A stretch of 64,000 nt of DNA from Tubulanus polymorphus (Eukaryota > Animalia > Nemertea), in contig NC_134030.1 of assembly GCF_964204645.1 (NCBI RefSeq), positions 5,188,778 through 5,252,777 of the forward strand, written 5' to 3'. The notes beneath the pieces were generated by a model. That model did not search any database and was not told the DNA's origin. It worked only from the letters and a program-made list of their open reading frames with translations. Made by a program: the position numbers and the translations under genes. Shown here one piece after another: positions 1 to 11,691 of the stretch. The number at the start of each line of letters is the position of its first letter. Within the stretch, counting starts at the first letter, position 1.

Positions 1-813
1 ATCTTCTTGCAGCATTTGGGTAGTATCCTATCAGATCGTTTTAAGATATTCAACTGTACATGTGTGGTTTTAACTAAATGTTAAACCCTTAGCGGTGCCG
101 TTTTCCCTGCAAGTGTATCAGCTACGCATAATTCTTTTCAGCAAATCAATGAGCCAATGAATTATGCGAAACATTTCGGATTCAGTTTTCTTGGAGAAAT
201 GTGATATACATAAAAAACCCGCGTGTTTTCTATTCTATACGTTACACATGACGCAATGTTTCTGGGGTCGAAATGCAACGAATTCTTACTTCGGTGACAA
301 TGGAACAGAACGGTGTACAAGCTTATATGCACGAGTCATAAGTGGAATCGAGATGCATAACGGACTAAAATACGTTTTCAAGCAAACACATTCGTATCAA
401 TGCAGCGCAACTACTCGTAGATGAAGCTACACACAACCTGTTTATCCGAGCTGTTTAAACATGAACACGAGAAAACTAACGAGTGTGCCCTTTGAAAATA
501 AGACGACTGTTTCCTCAAACCTATTTCTAATGTTTTCGGTTATCAAGGATGCAAGGGGCTTGATCCCTGCGTTCTTGTGCAACATCAGGATTGGGGTATC
601 GGGTTGACGGGAGGTTATGCGTTTTGATGACCAGCACCATTTTGGACGTTTTGCACAAGCAGCAGCTGCTAACCGAAGTAAGACGTCATCTCTGTATCCT
701 ACAGACTACTGATATGATGTAATGCAATGCTAAAATCTGACTTAAATTTATTCATTATGATCAAGATAAAATAAGTATATTTTGGCCGCGTAGATTAATG
801 AATTTATCTAGTC

Positions 814-3800
814 TTAAGTTTCGCTGGTCGTCATCTCTTCGTAAACGTCATTGGAGAAGCCGATCTGAGATTCAATACCATTTGATGGTGACTGGTGATT
901 ATTCCAGTTGATGGTCACATTCGGTTGCTGATCGTTGATCGGCACATAGAGCGGGTTGTCACACACGTAGTTGACTGATGGACAGTCGGATTCGCGGTTT
1001 ACATCATCTTCAATCAGACGCTTTCGCCGCACGACGTCTCTTTTTCTATACGATATAATATTCAACTTTTCATAAGCAAATCTCAATCTATGAGTTTCGA
1101 TAAGGTTCAAAAGACTGAAATGTTCAATGACCGAACTTTACCTTTTGTATGCCACAGTTATTGATATAATTGCGATCACGATGATCAGCGCAACGCCACC
1201 TATAATCGAACCGATCACTAATGCATATGGGAAGGGATCTACCCGGTGGGACGCCATGTTGATTCCAGTCACTGAACTTGTTTTGCTTTCGGTTGAAGGC
1301 ACTATAGCCGTTACGTTTGCCGATGTTGATTTGCTGTAACTCGTCACGTATTCACTAGATGGCGCTGCTGTTGATAGAGAGGTCGTCGAGGTCAATGTTG
1401 AAGTTGATTCAGTCGTAGTCGTTGATTTGCTGTAACTCGTCGTGTATTCACTAGATGGCGCTGCTGTTGATAGAGAGGTCGTCGAGGTCAATGTTGAAGG
1501 CGTTTGAGTCGTTGTCGTTGAACTAGTTGTTGTAGGAGGTAGAACTTTTTCCATCGAAAATAAAGATGAAATAATATTAGATAAAAACAATCACCACAAC
1601 ATAATAGTATATACGTAATTTGTATTAACCCTTTCAGTGCGTCTACACCAATATATATATAAACTTACCCTTCTTGCAAATATAACGTATATAGTGACTT
1701 TCACAATCTGTGACCAACCATCTGATAGTGGAACCCTCACCATAAACCATTTGAATACATTTTTTTTTACTTGGAATGCCATCAAAGATCTTGCTGGGCT
1801 GTTTAGAAAACCAATCGGTGTATACCAATGACGACTCTGATAAAACACAAATAGAAACGTTAGAATATTCCAACAAAAGTAAAGAATAGGACTGAAAAAA
1901 ATGTATACATCGGCGTCGAAAATAACCTCTGATCAATTTTTTCTTCATCCAAAAATAGATCAGCTGGAGATGTTCAGTGGCTGAAACGTTGAGATTTCAT
2001 CCCGATAACAAATTGTTACTTACTGTCGCCATTTCTCCAGTAGACGCTCGATGCATCGATCCAGAACTGATCCGTTGAATGCGGTTTTATCACTGTTTTG
2101 ATAAAACGACGAATCGTTTGCTGATCGGACTCGGATGGTATAACGAGTAAACTACCTCCCGCATTAGCACATGCTTCGCGAGATTTAAACCAAGTCTTCG
2201 CCTCGCCGACTGAGTAACAACGGCCTTCAAATTCGTGTTGTCCATCTACACAGGCGCTTTGATCTATTTAGAAGTTTGAAATGAGTATTCAGTTTCGAAT
2301 TTAAAATGCAATATGAGTACGGCATATTTGAGTACAATGTAATGTATATCATTAACAGATTGTTAATTTCTTCTTCCTTCGTTGTATTGAATGTTTGGTA
2401 CTTGACGAGGGTATTTACCAGAGAACTGGCAGACATATCTATAATGTTCGATGCAGTTTGTTTCTCGCCAGTCATAGTCTGCGGATACCAGTGAGGCGCA
2501 TGTATTGTCAAACCGGGCAACGTTTGGTCGGCCCTTGACCCAAGAGGAGTACATCCCTGAAATAAATAACCATAACATGTATATCATTACGTATCTAAGT
2601 TAGATACCTTATTTAGGCTTAAATTCTCATCTCTGTTTGACTTTAAAGTTTATGATAAGAAATGATGTTCTCAGGGCTTGACATACCATTGAGTTTGTAT
2701 ATATAGTTGTGATTACTTCCCCCGCAAATCTCATCTGGTTTATCTTTGCAAGGCATTGTACATCCGTTACCGATACCATACCTGCCGTACGTATCGTCGC
2801 AAAAACATTGGTAACCATACTGAAAGTATGATTTATTACAAAATTTGCTAAATAATAATCCTGTTCGAACCAAATAGATACACAAATACAGAGTATCAAG
2901 GCCCGGTTTTATAGACTAGGATTAACTTCAACCCAAGGGCTAAAAAAGATGTGATTATCAAAAAGATATGTAGAACGTCATGAACATTACACCATGTTCT
3001 TGGCGAGGCCATAGAACGTACCTGGACGCCGGCATATTTGTAGTCCTTGTTCGCCCCATTACATTGTTTGATGCATGTTCCAACGTTTGGATTATTGCCA
3101 CTGACTTGATACTTTAGGTCTCGTCCTCTGTTCGTGTCTTTGTAGCATCCTTGCGCGGCAATTACACCATAATCACCTACGTGGAACAGTTGACAAAAAG
3201 AAACACGTTTCGAAGTGACGTTGAAATTTATTTTCTGCCCTCATTCCACAGATAACGTTTTTCTCCGTTTTTATGTTTCGTTGGCCTTGCCACGATAATG
3301 GCTGGTCTATCACAAAAGCATTGATCTAATTTCAGCATACAGTTCTAAGTATATACCTTGTTCCCAGTGCCAGTCGCCTAGTGTTACCGTACCGGCCAAC
3401 CAAGCATCTTTCCACCTTTTCTTAACCATCGATGTAACGATAAAATCTCGTTCAGCCTCATTTTTAACGTCGAGAAGAGCCCCGTTATTACTACTGCACC
3501 TTCGCACTGCGTCGGAATGTTTTTGTGGCGTTGAGTTGAAAGAATAACACGCGTTTCCGAACTCGTCAGTATAACCACTAGGACATCTTGAAACTGTGCC
3601 TTAAGGTAAAAAAAGATCGGATTTTCAAATTGCAATGGAGTTTCTTTAGATGTACTCCCATCGATGTACGCGTTTTCACGGACATATAAAGTTTCGTTAG
3701 ATGGTCATACACATGATTATTACACGGTTAAATTATACTGAGAGCCTTTTTGAATAACCTATAATTGATTCATTTTACTCACATTTTATTGACTGCAACA

Positions 3801-3849
3801 ACGACATCAATGCGACCAACAAAATTAAACGATCAACTGTGCGAACCAT
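814..3849 (-). CDS. Type-I membrane lectin: signal peptide - CTLD (split by a WSC domain) - CTLD - Ser/Thr mucin stalk - TM - cytoplasmic tail; ~9 exons
   Basis: Spliced by eye. 3849-3783 MVRTVDRLILLVALMSLLQSIK; ~3599-3357 CPSGYTDEFGNACYSF...AVRRC...WLAG...WHWEQG; ~3176-3023 and ~2819-2687 WSC (GCYKD..RDL...CIKQC...YAGVQ/YGYQCFC...CTMPC..EICGG); ~2556-2419 YSSWVKGRP..C...WRETNC...YVCQ; ~2270-2024 and ~1837-1669 second CTLD; ORF 1138-1590 S/T stalk + TM; ORF 814-1110 tail. GT-AG junctions. Confidence 0.85.
1325..1499 (-). repeat. Coding tandem duplication (99-bp period) in mucin stalk
   Basis: STLTSTTSLSTAAPSSEY(T/V)TSYSKST occurs twice with near-identical DNA (1325-1400 vs 1424-1499). Confidence 0.9.
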
Positions 3850-3994
3850 CTGAAACAAAACAGATCCGACACGTTTTCGAATCTAAATTTCATTTCTTAG
3901 AGGACAACGATTGAGATATGTTATGATAATCAGAAATCTGTGCATAGTAAATTATAACTCATCGATATATCGTTAATACCAAAAAATTATTTTG

Positions 3995-4245
3995 GTATCC
4001 CTTACAAAACCCACCTGACCTGCCGGGGGCAAAACAGGGGGTTTGATTCTGAAATCGGAAATCGAAGTACAGATATAGTTGTGTGATCGGCGGTTGAATT
4101 TACAAAATATTTTGATTTAATCGAAGGACTTAATTGAAAATGTCGGTACCGGCTAATTCAAACAATCGTCCAAACGGTCTGAACCGACAAGCGGGTGATT
4201 GGGGTTAATTTTGTTAGCTGCCTTAACTAATACCAAATAATTTTT
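3995..4245 (+). repeat. Dispersed ~240-bp repeat family, copy 1
   Basis: Core GGGGGTTTGATT(C/T)TGAAATCGGAAATCGAAGTACAGATATAG.TGTGTGATCGGCGG shared with 22203-22437 (+) and 31182-31410 (-). Confidence 0.85.
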
Positions 4246-4960
4246 GCTAATACCGACCCCGCTTAAAGGCTAAGAGCTTTAATTCTCAAACTAAAAACCT
4301 TTAAAATGAGAAGTTCGTCTTACCTTCTTTTCCTAGCTTGATAATAATTCCATTCGTTTATTGTGATTAATTTTCTCCTTAGATAGAGGGTACATGTTAT
4401 ATCTAATGATTATTGTCGTGTAAAAGTTTTATCTGATAAACTACTTTATGTAGACATTATTGCCTTGAACGTAATCAGACTTAGCCCTTGATGACACATT
4501 GTTCACAAATCACCCGATACGATATTTTGAAAAACGATTCGGTGCGGTACCCGTGTGGTAAAAAAGTTGAATAGGTCAATTAGAAATTATTCTATAGACA
4601 TAGAAATGTTGGAGAATCTCTATTCATACTTTATAATGAGAAGAAATGTATAGTATAAGGAAATAAACGCATTTCCGAGCCACAAAGCAACGTAATGTAA
4701 CATTGCATATTATGTTCACATAGGAAAGGATTTGAATTGAATTCAAACTTGTGAAATTAATGTTAGTTTGATTGATATTGATATCGCATTTACAATATTT
4801 CTATTTCGAACTATGTATTCGTTCCTACGCATGCTGTGTCAGCATTAAAATCGAATAAGGTTCGAAGGAATTTTTACACCACCGCGAATTATTTTGAATC
4901 CATTATCTTATTAATACTTTATGTGTATATTCAAACATCAGACGACAGAACTCCGTCAAA

Positions 4961-6031
4961 ATGCGCATTTCTAATGAAAGCACGACGACACCTTACATTA
5001 GCCGGTGTCAGGCAATTCGGAGTTCACGACCTATTCGCTGGGACTACAGATTCAGTGTTTATATGTACCTCGGCCTGTATCTACCTGCGTCGGTTCTTGG
5101 TATCATACTCAATACCTTCACGATTATCGTTCTCAGAAAGCTCAAAAGTGAATCGTATTTTCTCGTAAAAATTCTCGCTTTCAACGATCTGTTATTCATG
5201 GTCTCAGCATTCGTTCTTTATCCACTGAGAACTGCTTACATACGCGTCGTGTTAGGAGACATTGTCTACAGAGTTGCTGATTGGAATTTTGGGAAGGCGT
5301 TTATCAGCGCATCTTTGCCATTTTTCTACATATTTCAAATGACGCGTAATTGGTGTACAGTCCTCTTGAGCTTGGAAAGACTGATCGTTGTTTTATTCCC
5401 ACTGAAGTCTCGTAAAATCCCGAAGAACTTGTTAACAATCGTTGCTATTTCTATAATCAAACTTTTTGCCTTCTGTGGATTCTTCATCTATTTCATGTCT
5501 AATATGCGCATAAAAACACTCGGATGTCCAGCGAACTGGCCCTATGTAACTGTGTTTAAGTCTCGCATTGTTTACCCTACGATAAACCAGATTTGGTGGC
5601 GGCATATTTTTGCCGGAAAATTCATGTACATGTACGCCACTGTTGTTATACCGATATGTTTATTATTGGTAAGCAGCGTTATTCTAGTTTCGGTGTTGTT
5701 GTTTCGAAAATTAGGGCGGCGATCACGGTTGGGTGTGATCGACGCTTCGGCGAACAAGGAACTGAAAGTTTTACGCATGGTTCTTACGCTCGTCGCGGTT
5801 TACTTGTTCTGCGAAGGTTTTGGTTTCGTCGATCGCATGAAATACATGAATATCTTTAAAATCCGCATCGACTCGATGGTTCTGCGTAAAATATCGTTGG
5901 GATTTTCTATCATCGATTCTTCGGTAAATTTCTTCGTTTACTGCCTGACGAATGATAAGTTCAGAAGATCAGCGTTTGAAATTCTATCTGTTCAAGTTGA
6001 TAGAATATCGCGTATAAACGCAGACTGTTAG
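4961..6031 (+). CDS. Intronless class A GPCR (FMRFamide-receptor/srw-like orphan), tandem copy 1
   Basis: 356-aa ORF with 7 hydrophobic segments, GIILN (TM1), LAFND (TM2), LERL..V.FP (DRY variant), SSVNFFVY (NPxxY variant). Confidence 0.9.
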   Translation: MRISNESTTTPYISRCQAIRSSRPIRWDYRFSVYMYLGLYLPASVLGIILNTFTIIVLRKLKSESYFLVKILAFNDLLFMVSAFVLYPLRTAYIRVVLGDIVYRVADWNFGKAFISASLPFFYIFQMTRNWCTVLLSLERLIVVLFPLKSRKIPKNLLTIVAISIIKLFAFCGFFIYFMSNMRIKTLGCPANWPYVTVFKSRIVYPTINQIWWRHIFAGKFMYMYATVVIPICLLLVSSVILVSVLLFRKLGRRSRLGVIDASANKELKVLRMVLTLVAVYLFCEGFGFVDRMKYMNIFKIRIDSMVLRKISLGFSIIDSSVNFFVYCLTNDKFRRSAFEILSVQVDRISRINADC

Positions 6032-6501
6032 TAACAATATCCGACTTTTAACACCATTGTGTGCACTAGGCCTAGATATTGCGACTGATTGATGATAAAA
6101 CTCGGAGGATGAATCTCAATATATTTACTTATCAAAAAATGAAGATGACCGTTCAAATACACAACTGCCTCCCTCTGCTGGATTTCTAACCGACTCGAAC
6201 GCAGATACCCGGATCCGAATCCACATAGTTGTGACTTAGAATTTGACGACGGTTCTAGTTTATTTTCTAGTTAAGAAGTGTATAGAACCGGATTATGAAT
6301 AAATGGAGGTCTAGATTTTATGCTTGAATTTCGTGCGACAAAATTATTCTATATCTAAACACAGTCGGATCTATGGGGTAATAGCGTGATTTTTTTTCTT
6401 TTTGGTGTTTTTGCCATTACTTAAGAAAGAGAAAGAGACATTACAGCGTATATAGATGCAGCATTAAAACATTACCGATGACACGGAGACCTTACGTTAA
6501 A

Positions 6502-7596
6502 ATGCGCATTTCCAATGAAAGCACGACGATACCTTACATTAGTCGGTGTCAGGCAATTCGGAGTTCACGACCTATTCGCTGGGATTACAGATTCAGTGTT
6601 TATATGTACCTCGGTCTGTATCTACCTGCGTCGGTTCTGGGTATCATACTCAATACCTTCACGATCATCGTCCTCAGAAAGCTAAAAAGCGCTTCATATT
6701 TTCTTGTAAAAATTCTCGCATTCACCGATCTGTTATTCATGATTTCAACGTTCGTCCTTTATCCACTGAGAACTGCCTACATATACCCCGTACTAAGAGA
6801 CATACTCTATAGAAGAGATGACTGGAAATTTGGGAAGGCGTTTATCACAGTGTTTTTGCCATTTTTCTACATATTTCAAATGTCTCGTAACTGGTGTACT
6901 GTCGTTCTGAGCTTGGAAAGATTATTCGTCGTTTTATTTCCATTGAGGTCGCGTAAAATCCCGAAGAATATCTTGTCTACGGCTTTCATCAGCGCAGTTA
7001 CTATTTTCGCATTTTGCGTATACTCCGCACATTTTATACCCGTACGCCATCTAGGAGTAGTTGGCTGCCCAGTGAGCTGGCCGTATATTACCGTAACAAC
7101 GACGGATAAGCTGTTCATTAAGATACCGTATTGGTATAAAAAGTTTATTAACATCTACATATACATGTACGCCACTGTTATTTTCCCAGTTTGTTTCTTA
7201 ATGGTTAACAGCGTGATTCTGATGTTGGTGTTGTTGTTTCGAAAATTAGAGCAGCGATCACGGTTGGGTGTGATCGACGCTTCGGCGAACAAGGAACTGA
7301 AAGTTTTACGCATGGTTCTTACGCTCGTCGCGGTTTACTTGTTCTGCGAAGGTTTTGGTTTCGTCGATCGTATGAGCTATATGCATATCTTTAAAATCCG
7401 CATCAACGCGATGGTTCTGCGTAAAATATCGTTGGGATTTTCGATCATTGATTCTTCGGTAAATTTCTTCGTTTACTGTCTGACGAATGGTAAATTCAGA
7501 AGATTGGCGTTTGAAATTCTATCTGTGCGAATTGATAAAATATCATGCGTAAAACCAAAGTGTAAACTATTGAGAAAAACACCTATACTGAGTTAA
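6502..7596 (+). CDS. Intronless class A GPCR, tandem copy 2 (possible upstream start 6478)
   Basis: ORF homologous to 4961-6031 from MRISNESTT onward, with the same 7TM motifs. Confidence 0.9.
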   Translation: MRISNESTTIPYISRCQAIRSSRPIRWDYRFSVYMYLGLYLPASVLGIILNTFTIIVLRKLKSASYFLVKILAFTDLLFMISTFVLYPLRTAYIYPVLRDILYRRDDWKFGKAFITVFLPFFYIFQMSRNWCTVVLSLERLFVVLFPLRSRKIPKNILSTAFISAVTIFAFCVYSAHFIPVRHLGVVGCPVSWPYITVTTTDKLFIKIPYWYKKFINIYIYMYATVIFPVCFLMVNSVILMLVLLFRKLEQRSRLGVIDASANKELKVLRMVLTLVAVYLFCEGFGFVDRMSYMHIFKIRINAMVLRKISLGFSIIDSSVNFFVYCLTNGKFRRLAFEILSVRIDKISCVKPKCKLLRKTPILS

Positions 7597-8329
7597 GAGC
7601 ACATGTACATTCACAAAATGCCCAATTGGTAAACCGACCAGACTTCACTCACTTTTCTCCTTAGAATATCGTTAATTAATTGGCAAGATGATTGATTGAT
7701 AAGGTTTGCTTCGAATTATAAAACAAGAATATGAACACGCAGAATTTCTTTTCTCTAACAAAACACTTTTTCCCACGCACTATGTTACATTACAGTATAC
7801 ATTATATCAAAAATACATAATAATTCATACTCTATATGTATTTTTGATTATATTAGTACTAGACATTTAGACCATTGTCTCCGAGTTAACCCAACCGGAA
7901 ACACGATGGCCTGAAACTATCGCCAATAAATACACCAGGTGCAGCGCTTGTTTTTGAACATAATTTCAAAAACTCTTCACCGGAAACATGTGTTAATTAT
8001 CTTCGGGCAGGTGTTATCATCGGGGTTGACTATTTAACGAAAACATTTAATTTAAAAATTCAGTTAATCCGCTGATCATTTCTGGGTAAGTCAGTTGTTG
8101 TGTACCGTCCCAGTTCAGATATTTGAAATACCTGATATTTAACTGTTCATCTTTACGCAAAGTGGAATTTCAGTTGTGATAACATTGAGTCGTATTGAGA
8201 ATTTATTTCTCCAAAGACTTAAGCTTATTCTTTGTTAACCAGCTTAACGAGGCTATTACTATTATTCATCTACATTCCCGAGAAAGTTCACTATTTCGCT
8301 ATAATTTTAGGTTGATATATCTGGTCACA

Positions 8330-11300
8330 ATGCTGCGATTGGAGCTGATATTGTTTTTTGTCTTTCTGCAATGGATATCTGCTTTTAAAGGTTCGTCATC
8401 AGTAATAATCAATTATTATTTTCAATAAACTTCAAAGGTCTCAATCAATCTTTTCCGCCTCTCACCGCTTGGTGAAAATTTATATACTTCAGAATATACG
8501 TTGTTTTTTTCGATATATATTTCCTTTCTAACAGCACAGACAGATGACGATATAATTGCAAAGCTACTTCACATGGGTTAGTGTAAAATATTACCTTACT
8601 TCAACCTACACGTTTATTAGTACTTCTGGCATCTGATTAAATTCGGCCGTCACGTTGTTCATATTCTAAAATTTGTTATCACAGAAAAGCGTGAGATAGT
8701 AAATGTTCACGATCACATACTAGAAGTGAACGAACTTCATTCTCGTCTACAGAAGAAAGGGACAAATTCAGGTGAAGAAGGTACGAACGACCGTGAAAGT
8801 ATGCTTGCGTGATTTGAATTGCACAGGCTGTGAAAGAAATTTATCACGTCATTCGTTTTTTATTCTTTGCACGAAGTTGGTGACCAGAAAGTGGACCTCA
8901 TGGAAGGTGATATCGTCCGTGCTGACGATCCAAATCTTGACAAGAGATCGGCAGCCAGTAATCTTATGAAATTATGGAGGGATCGAGTGATTCCGTATGA
9001 ATTCAGCTCTACCATCGACGATCGTGAGTTTATGTATTTTGTTGTTTTTTTAAGAATGATTTGTCAATATGGTTAGAAAATGGAAGTCGAACAATCCAGG
9101 CATTTTTGTTCGCCATGTTTGAGTTACGTAATGAGGTGTTCATCTTTTCCAGATGCTCAAAAAACTATCATCACCGCAGTGAATAAGATTGCCTCAGTGA
9201 CGTGCTTAAAGTTTAGACCGATGAAGAACGGAGACAAAAATTGGGTGCAATTCTTTCAAGGCAGTGGGTAAGAGAACGAACACCTCGAAAAGAACGAAGA
9301 GAAGTTTCTCCTCGATGCTACAAATTTGAAAAAAAAAACACACACAAAACGAATTCATTTCACGTTAGGAAATAAAATGTTTTATGAGAGCCAGCGTAGT
9401 TTATCTATCACGTGTTCAAACACGTTTCTTATCACTTGTTGAACTCCGCCCACTGAGTAACCTCGTGGCGGATTCAGTCCGTCTGGGTGCTAATAAAACC
9501 CACCCTTATGTCCCATCCCCTTTTGGAAATCAATGTGTAAATTGCTTTCCGAGATCATCTCGGCGGTATCCATAACATTAACTGTGACTCTGTATTATTA
9601 TGTAGCACTTTTTGGCCCAACCTTTTTGAAAATTCTGTTTTAATCTAGAATATTTGCATTTCCGTTATTTCTGCAAATAGATGACCTTTATCAATCATTC
9701 ACATAATCTCCTTAATTTTGCTGCAAGTTATAGTACGGTGTTTTATTCTCACAGAGCAAGGGGTATCATAAAGTATATTTTTTACTTCTAGGTGTTATTC
9801 ATCAATTGGCAAAACGTATTGGTCGAATGGGTACCAACAAATATCGATTGGAAGGGGCTGCGTTAACGAGGGCACGATAATGCATGAAGTCTTGCATGCG
9901 CTTGGTAATAAATGTCTTATCGTTTTTCCACATTTGCCAAATGAGTTGATTATCGTGAAAAAATGACGCGAAAAGATTCACCCGATTTCGACCATCATCA
10001 ATAACGTTATGTCCTATTCGATAGCAAAAGATTTCTATGATTTACACGATATACAGGTTACTGGCACGAGCAAAGTCGACCAGATCGGGATAGATATGTT
10101 GAAATATTTTGGGAGCACATCACAAGCGGTGCGTTTACAGCATGATTTTCTTTATCAAATGCAACTTAAGGCAATTAATGACAATAAATGTTAATGTTAT
10201 GAAGTTCTCTATCGTCAAAGGAAATCAACACAATTTCAATAAACAGCGCTCGTCAAACACGCAAAATTTGACATACGATTACGACAGTATCATGCACTAT
10301 GGGAACCACGCTTTCTCTAAGAATGGAAAACCAACAATTCAAGCTATTGGCGATCCCAACAAGCAGCTAGGACAACGAACGAAGCTCAGCCCTCTCGACA
10401 TTGCTGGTTTGAATAAACTGTATAACTGTGAAAAGAGTAAGTTCTTATAGTTGGCCATTCGAGAAGGAATCCTATGTCTATTTTAGATAAAAACAGTTGT
10501 TATTTTTGTCTATTTATTCTTCTAGGTACAAAGACAGGAATATCGGACTGGTCGGCTTGGACGAGTTGTCACATTTCATGTGATAAAATTCGTCAGAGAT
10601 TCTGTTTTCACGACAGCTGTTCGAATACAGATTATTTTGGCGTTGAAACTGAGAATGGCAAATGTACCGATGCCGAATGTAATGGTACGGGCTTCAAGCA
10701 ATTTTCAAATCGACATGGAAATGGCTTATAGGTATTTCATAGTTCAATTCTTATATCTTAGCGCCATTAGATGGTCATTGGAATAGATGGTCAAGCTGGG
10801 ATTCGTGCAGCATCACGTGTGGAACGGGGACGAAGAAAAGAACTCGGCAGTGTCAGGATCCAGCTCCTAAAAACAACGGGAGAATGTGCGTCGGTTCAGC
10901 GACTGACATAACGCCGTGTTCAATGAGGCCGTGTGGGCTAGGTACGCAGGTATCTCTGACACAGAAAAGAAAAGAAACAAAGAAATATTTTTTCCAATTA
11001 CATCACGCTTCATTTTCAGGACCCTATGATACGGAATTCGAATATGGGCTTGGAAAATGGCAAGATATCGGACTGAGGAAATGGGCGATCCACCAAGGAA
11101 AGACTCCATCGTCCATGACAGGACCTAACAACGACCATACACGTGGTGACAAGACAGGTTTGTGCTGGCAAAAATTTGCTTGATTCATTCAATAAAATAC
11201 CTAAAATGATGAAACCTATAAAGAATATTATTACATTAATCAAAATACCCAATAGGGCATTACCTTTATTTCGAGGCATCTGCACCGTCCAAAAGAGGAG

Positions 11301-11691
11301 ACACCGCAACACTACAACTGACGAAGCCTGCCGATACGAAAAGGAAAGAATGTCTAGATTTCTACTACAGTATGTACGGGAGTGGAATAGGTAGTTTAGA
11401 AGTCATTCTCTCAGGTAGGCCGGTGTGGAGAATAGGCGGCGATCAAGGCACGGAATGGAAGCATCAAGTCATTGAACTCCCAACGACCAATCCAGTAAAG
11501 GCAAGTCTTCGACAAACACGCTTTTCTTTTAGCTTCATTTCATTTTAGTTGAGGTTGTTTTTACCGATTGAAATTGTGCGAGAATTTAAGTGTTATTGAT
11601 TGATATCCTTCAGATTGCACTCAGAGCTACCCGAGGTCCAGATTTCAGGGCTGATATAGCGTTAGATGACCTTAGAATCAAGGAGTGTTAG
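8330..11691 (+). CDS. Secreted astacin (M12A) zinc metalloprotease with two TSP1 repeats and a C-terminal MAM domain; ~13 exons
   Basis: Signal peptide MLRLELILFFVFLQWISAFK; prodomain MEGDI; W...VIPY; HEVLHALG/YWHEQSRPDRD (9883-10095); Met-turn SIMHY (~10286); WSAWTSC and WSSWDSC TSP1 repeats; MAM motifs TPSSMTGP..DHT, YLYFEAS, CLDFYYSMYG, DIALDD; stop at 11689-11691. Confidence 0.93.

Noticed and set aside
520-700. Open minus-strand frame bounded by AG/GT (YRDDVLLRLAAAACAK...)
   Set aside because: No recognisable homology or linked exons. It could be UTR or part of a gene outside the window.
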